DNA from: Elusimicrobiota bacterium
Lineage (GTDB): Bacteria; Elusimicrobiota; Elusimicrobia; Elusimicrobiales; UBA9959
Assembly: GCA_030639665.1 (NCBI GenBank)
Contig: DAOWCC010000002.1
Span: forward strand, 1 to 37,605
DNA length: 37,605 nucleotides
Direction: 5' to 3'
Each line of letters opens with the position of its first letter. The stretch's first letter is position 1. The notes below the pieces were generated by a model. The model did not search any database. It saw nothing but the letters and a program-made list of their open reading frames with translations, and was not told where the DNA came from. This document shows, in pieces, positions 35,841 through 37,605 of the stretch. Made by a program: the position numbers and the translations under genes.

Positions 35841-36096
35841 TATGACAAGGGTAATTCCGCCGTATCTTAATTAGGGTTGGGAGGGATATTTATATACAAA
35901 GGAAACAACGATGCTGCGAAGGGTTGGCAGTAAGATTTTGCGGAATAATATTAATGAGGCATTTCGGTGTTTGCCTGTGGGGCTCTTCGGAGCTCCGCAT
36001 ACGCTTACAGCGGAGTGAGAGAGAGAAGGGCGGGCTTGGCTCGTGCCGACCCTGGTCCCAAAGGTAAATATTGAAAGGCCTCTAATTAAACCCTAG
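35838..36096 (+). repeat. GC-rich noncoding element, copy C (sense on the plus strand)
   Basis: CCTTATG..GGGTAATTC..TCTTAATTAGGGTTGGGAGGGA..GGCAGTAAGATTT..GACCCTGGTCCCAAAGGTAAATAT..CCTCTAAT, as in copy B. Contains a UUCG-capped hairpin at 35979-35996. Confidence 0.85.
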
Positions 36097-36104
36097 TGGA
36101 ATAT

Positions 36105-36344
36105 TTAGCGGGAGCAATTGACGCAGAGAGGAGTTTCCGGCATGGCCTCTAGGCGGGCTTCGGCAATCGGCTTCTCACAAGCGACACAAATTCCGTAAGC
36201 CTTACCGCTTAAGATTTTTCCCAACCAATCCCCCTTTCTACTAATTTTTATCTGAAAAACCTTCGCAAAACGCTTCAAAAAGTTTTTCCGCAGTGGCAAA
36301 TTTTTCCTCAAGATCACTCCCGAATAAACTACTTGCAATAGCAT
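36105..36344 (-). CDS. DksA/TraR-type C4 zinc-finger small protein (start uncertain)
   Basis: C-terminus CVACEKPIAEARLEAMPETPLCVNC is a CxxC-N17-CxxC TraR/DksA finger. The 79-aa ATG version overlaps the upstream gene by 104 nt. An alternative TTG at 36224, with an AGGGGGA RBS, gives 39 aa. Confidence 0.45.
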   Translation of the reverse strand: MLLQVVYSGVILRKNLPLRKNFLKRFAKVFQIKISRKGDWLGKILSGKAYGICVACEKPIAEARLEAMPETPLCVNCSR

Positions 36345-37077
36345 TTAAAAGTTTCTCTTTTTTATTCAAAATCTCTTTTATACTATTTATATTTTTAGCA
36401 TTCAAAATCATCCGAACATCTCTTCCCAAAAGAACAGCTCCGACTTTTTCAATATCAGAATCCAACACACGCAATAATTCTATATCTTCATATAAGCGTT
36501 TCTCATCTAAAATCAGGTTATATTTATGAAGTAATATGGAAATATCTTGCGCGTCTTTGGGTTCAAATCTATCATTCCATGCCAAAAGCTTTAATACCAT
36601 CAATCCAGGTATGGATGCAATGCGTATTACCATTTTATTTTTAAAAATATTTATCTCTTCTGCCGCGGCATTGATATCCTGAAACCCTTGCACATTCATA
36701 ATCATATCACCATCAGGCGGCCAAGAAATGGAACCTTGCGGTTTTTCCAATTTCCCAAATGGAAGCAAATCAATTGGCATTTTCTCTTTATAAATCAATC
36801 GCTGACATTTCTTACTATCATTTTTAAAATCACCTGTTTTTATCAGCTGATTTTTTAAATAATTAAATTCCTCCCAACTTTTAAGCGCTACTATAAAATC
36901 TATATCTTCGGTAGGACGATATATCGGCAAACCATGCACATTATGTAAAAGCAAATCTACTGCCCTGCCACCAACTAATAAATAAGAAACTCCCATTTTC
37001 TTCGTGGCATCTTGAATATACCGTAATACCTCTAAAACTTCAGGCTCCATAGGAAAATCTTTTTTAATCGTAAGCAT
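36241..37077 (-). CDS. Nucleotidyltransferase, AbiEii-like toxin of a type IV toxin-antitoxin / abortive-infection pair
   Basis: N-terminal LLVGGRAVDLL...RPTEDIDFIV (GG.A...T.DIDF NTase motif). 14-nt overlap with the upstream AbiEi-like gene. Confidence 0.6.
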   Translation of the reverse strand: MLTIKKDFPMEPEVLEVLRYIQDATKKMGVSYLLVGGRAVDLLLHNVHGLPIYRPTEDIDFIVALKSWEEFNYLKNQLIKTGDFKNDSKKCQRLIYKEKMPIDLLPFGKLEKPQGSISWPPDGDMIMNVQGFQDINAAAEEINIFKNKMVIRIASIPGLMVLKLLAWNDRFEPKDAQDISILLHKYNLILDEKRLYEDIELLRVLDSDIEKVGAVLLGRDVRMILNAKNINSIKEILNKKEKLLNAIASSLFGSDLEEKFATAEKLFEAFCEGFSDKN

Positions 37078-37605
37078 TGGCTATATATTGCTCATAAATA
37101 ATTTTTGCTACTTCATGATTGCGTGGGTCTTTAGTTGCCATTAAATCCGCGTATACAAGTAATGGCGGAACAATTTGCTTCTCTTCATTATCAAAATTAA
37201 AGTTCCAAAATTTTTCCACTATTTCCACAGACCCGTGAGGATTAGATTTAAGACGATTATCAATAATAATTTTTGTGAGATTGCCTTCCATATAAAAAAG
37301 AGCATTACTCGGCTTTCTGTAATGAGTGAGAATATCTCCGGCAATTTCTCCTCCAAATAAAGCCCCATATTTTTCTGGATTCAAATTTTCCCACCAACTA
37401 TCTTTTGGAGCGCTAAAACATTGCGTTCGTAATTTTGGACGAAGTTTAATCGGATAATTTATAACCCATTCCTCTATTAAACGCTTTGGATTAATAAAAC
37501 GACGCTTCTTGCCTTTCTCACCAAATAGCAAGTGACCTCTTTCTTTAAGGGCAAAAAAAACCCATCCCACGGAACCTAAAGCAACTCCCGCAGCTTCGGC
37601 AATAT
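37064..37605 (-). CDS. AbiEi-family antitoxin/transcriptional regulator (N-terminus outside window)
   Basis: Frame stays open to the window edge (upstream peptide ...IAEAAGVALGSVGWVFFALKERGHLL looks like a wHTH). C-terminal pattern FWNFNF...VPPLLVYADLMATKDPRNHEVAKIIYEQYI is typical of the AbiEi C-domain. Confidence 0.6.
   Translation of the reverse strand, partial: IAEAAGVALGSVGWVFFALKERGHLLFGEKGKKRRFINPKRLIEEWVINYPIKLRPKLRTQCFSAPKDSWWENLNPEKYGALFGGEIAGDILTHYRKPSNALFYMEGNLTKIIIDNRLKSNPHGSVEIVEKFWNFNFDNEEKQIVPPLLVYADLMATKDPRNHEVAKIIYEQYIANAYD

Noticed and set aside
35869-35880. AATTAGGGTTGG resembles the T-box motif AAnnnGGGUGGnACCGCG
   Set aside because: There is no ACCGCG continuation, no specifier or terminator-antiterminator architecture, and no downstream aminoacyl-tRNA synthetase or amino-acid gene.

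Overview
AT-rich bacterial chromosome segment from a diderm organism (secretin, OMP-like protein and an LPS heptose gene are present); nearly all of it is coding. There are no rRNA or tRNA genes and no CRISPR arrays. Layout: (1) partial gatB. (2) One long, tightly packed minus-strand operon, pilM-pilN-pilO-pilP-like-pilQ, continuing into two Wzy_C/O-antigen-ligase-like TPR membrane proteins, a two-HKD phospholipase D/cardiolipin-synthase-like protein, a secreted orphan and a tetrapyrrole-methylase-fold protein. (3) A plus-strand small-molecule cluster: HAD hydrolase, nucleotidyltransferase, ATP-grasp-like protein, class III aminotransferase and Gfo/Idh/MocA oxidoreductase. A 131-bp tandem duplication carrying a promoter sits inside it. 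It is followed by a tiny gene with its own promoter and palindrome, and by ubiE/menG. (4) Three secreted or outer-membrane orphans. (5) A complete F1Fo ATP synthase operon (atpZ-atpI-like-B-E-F-H-A-[hldD]-G-D-C) with a heptose epimerase gene wedged between atpA and atpG. (6) A triple-receiver GGDEF-like regulator, then a SWIB-domain gene. (7) An accessory region ending in an AbiEi/AbiEii pair. The most unusual signal is a family of long, GC-rich noncoding elements: copies A and B at 22181-23538, copies C and D at 35383-36096. They bracket small orphan ORFs in inverted orientation. A near-identical promoter-like box precedes three orphan genes. I cannot place the element in any RNA or mobile-element family from sequence alone. 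No recombinase, transposase or reverse transcriptase lies in the window.
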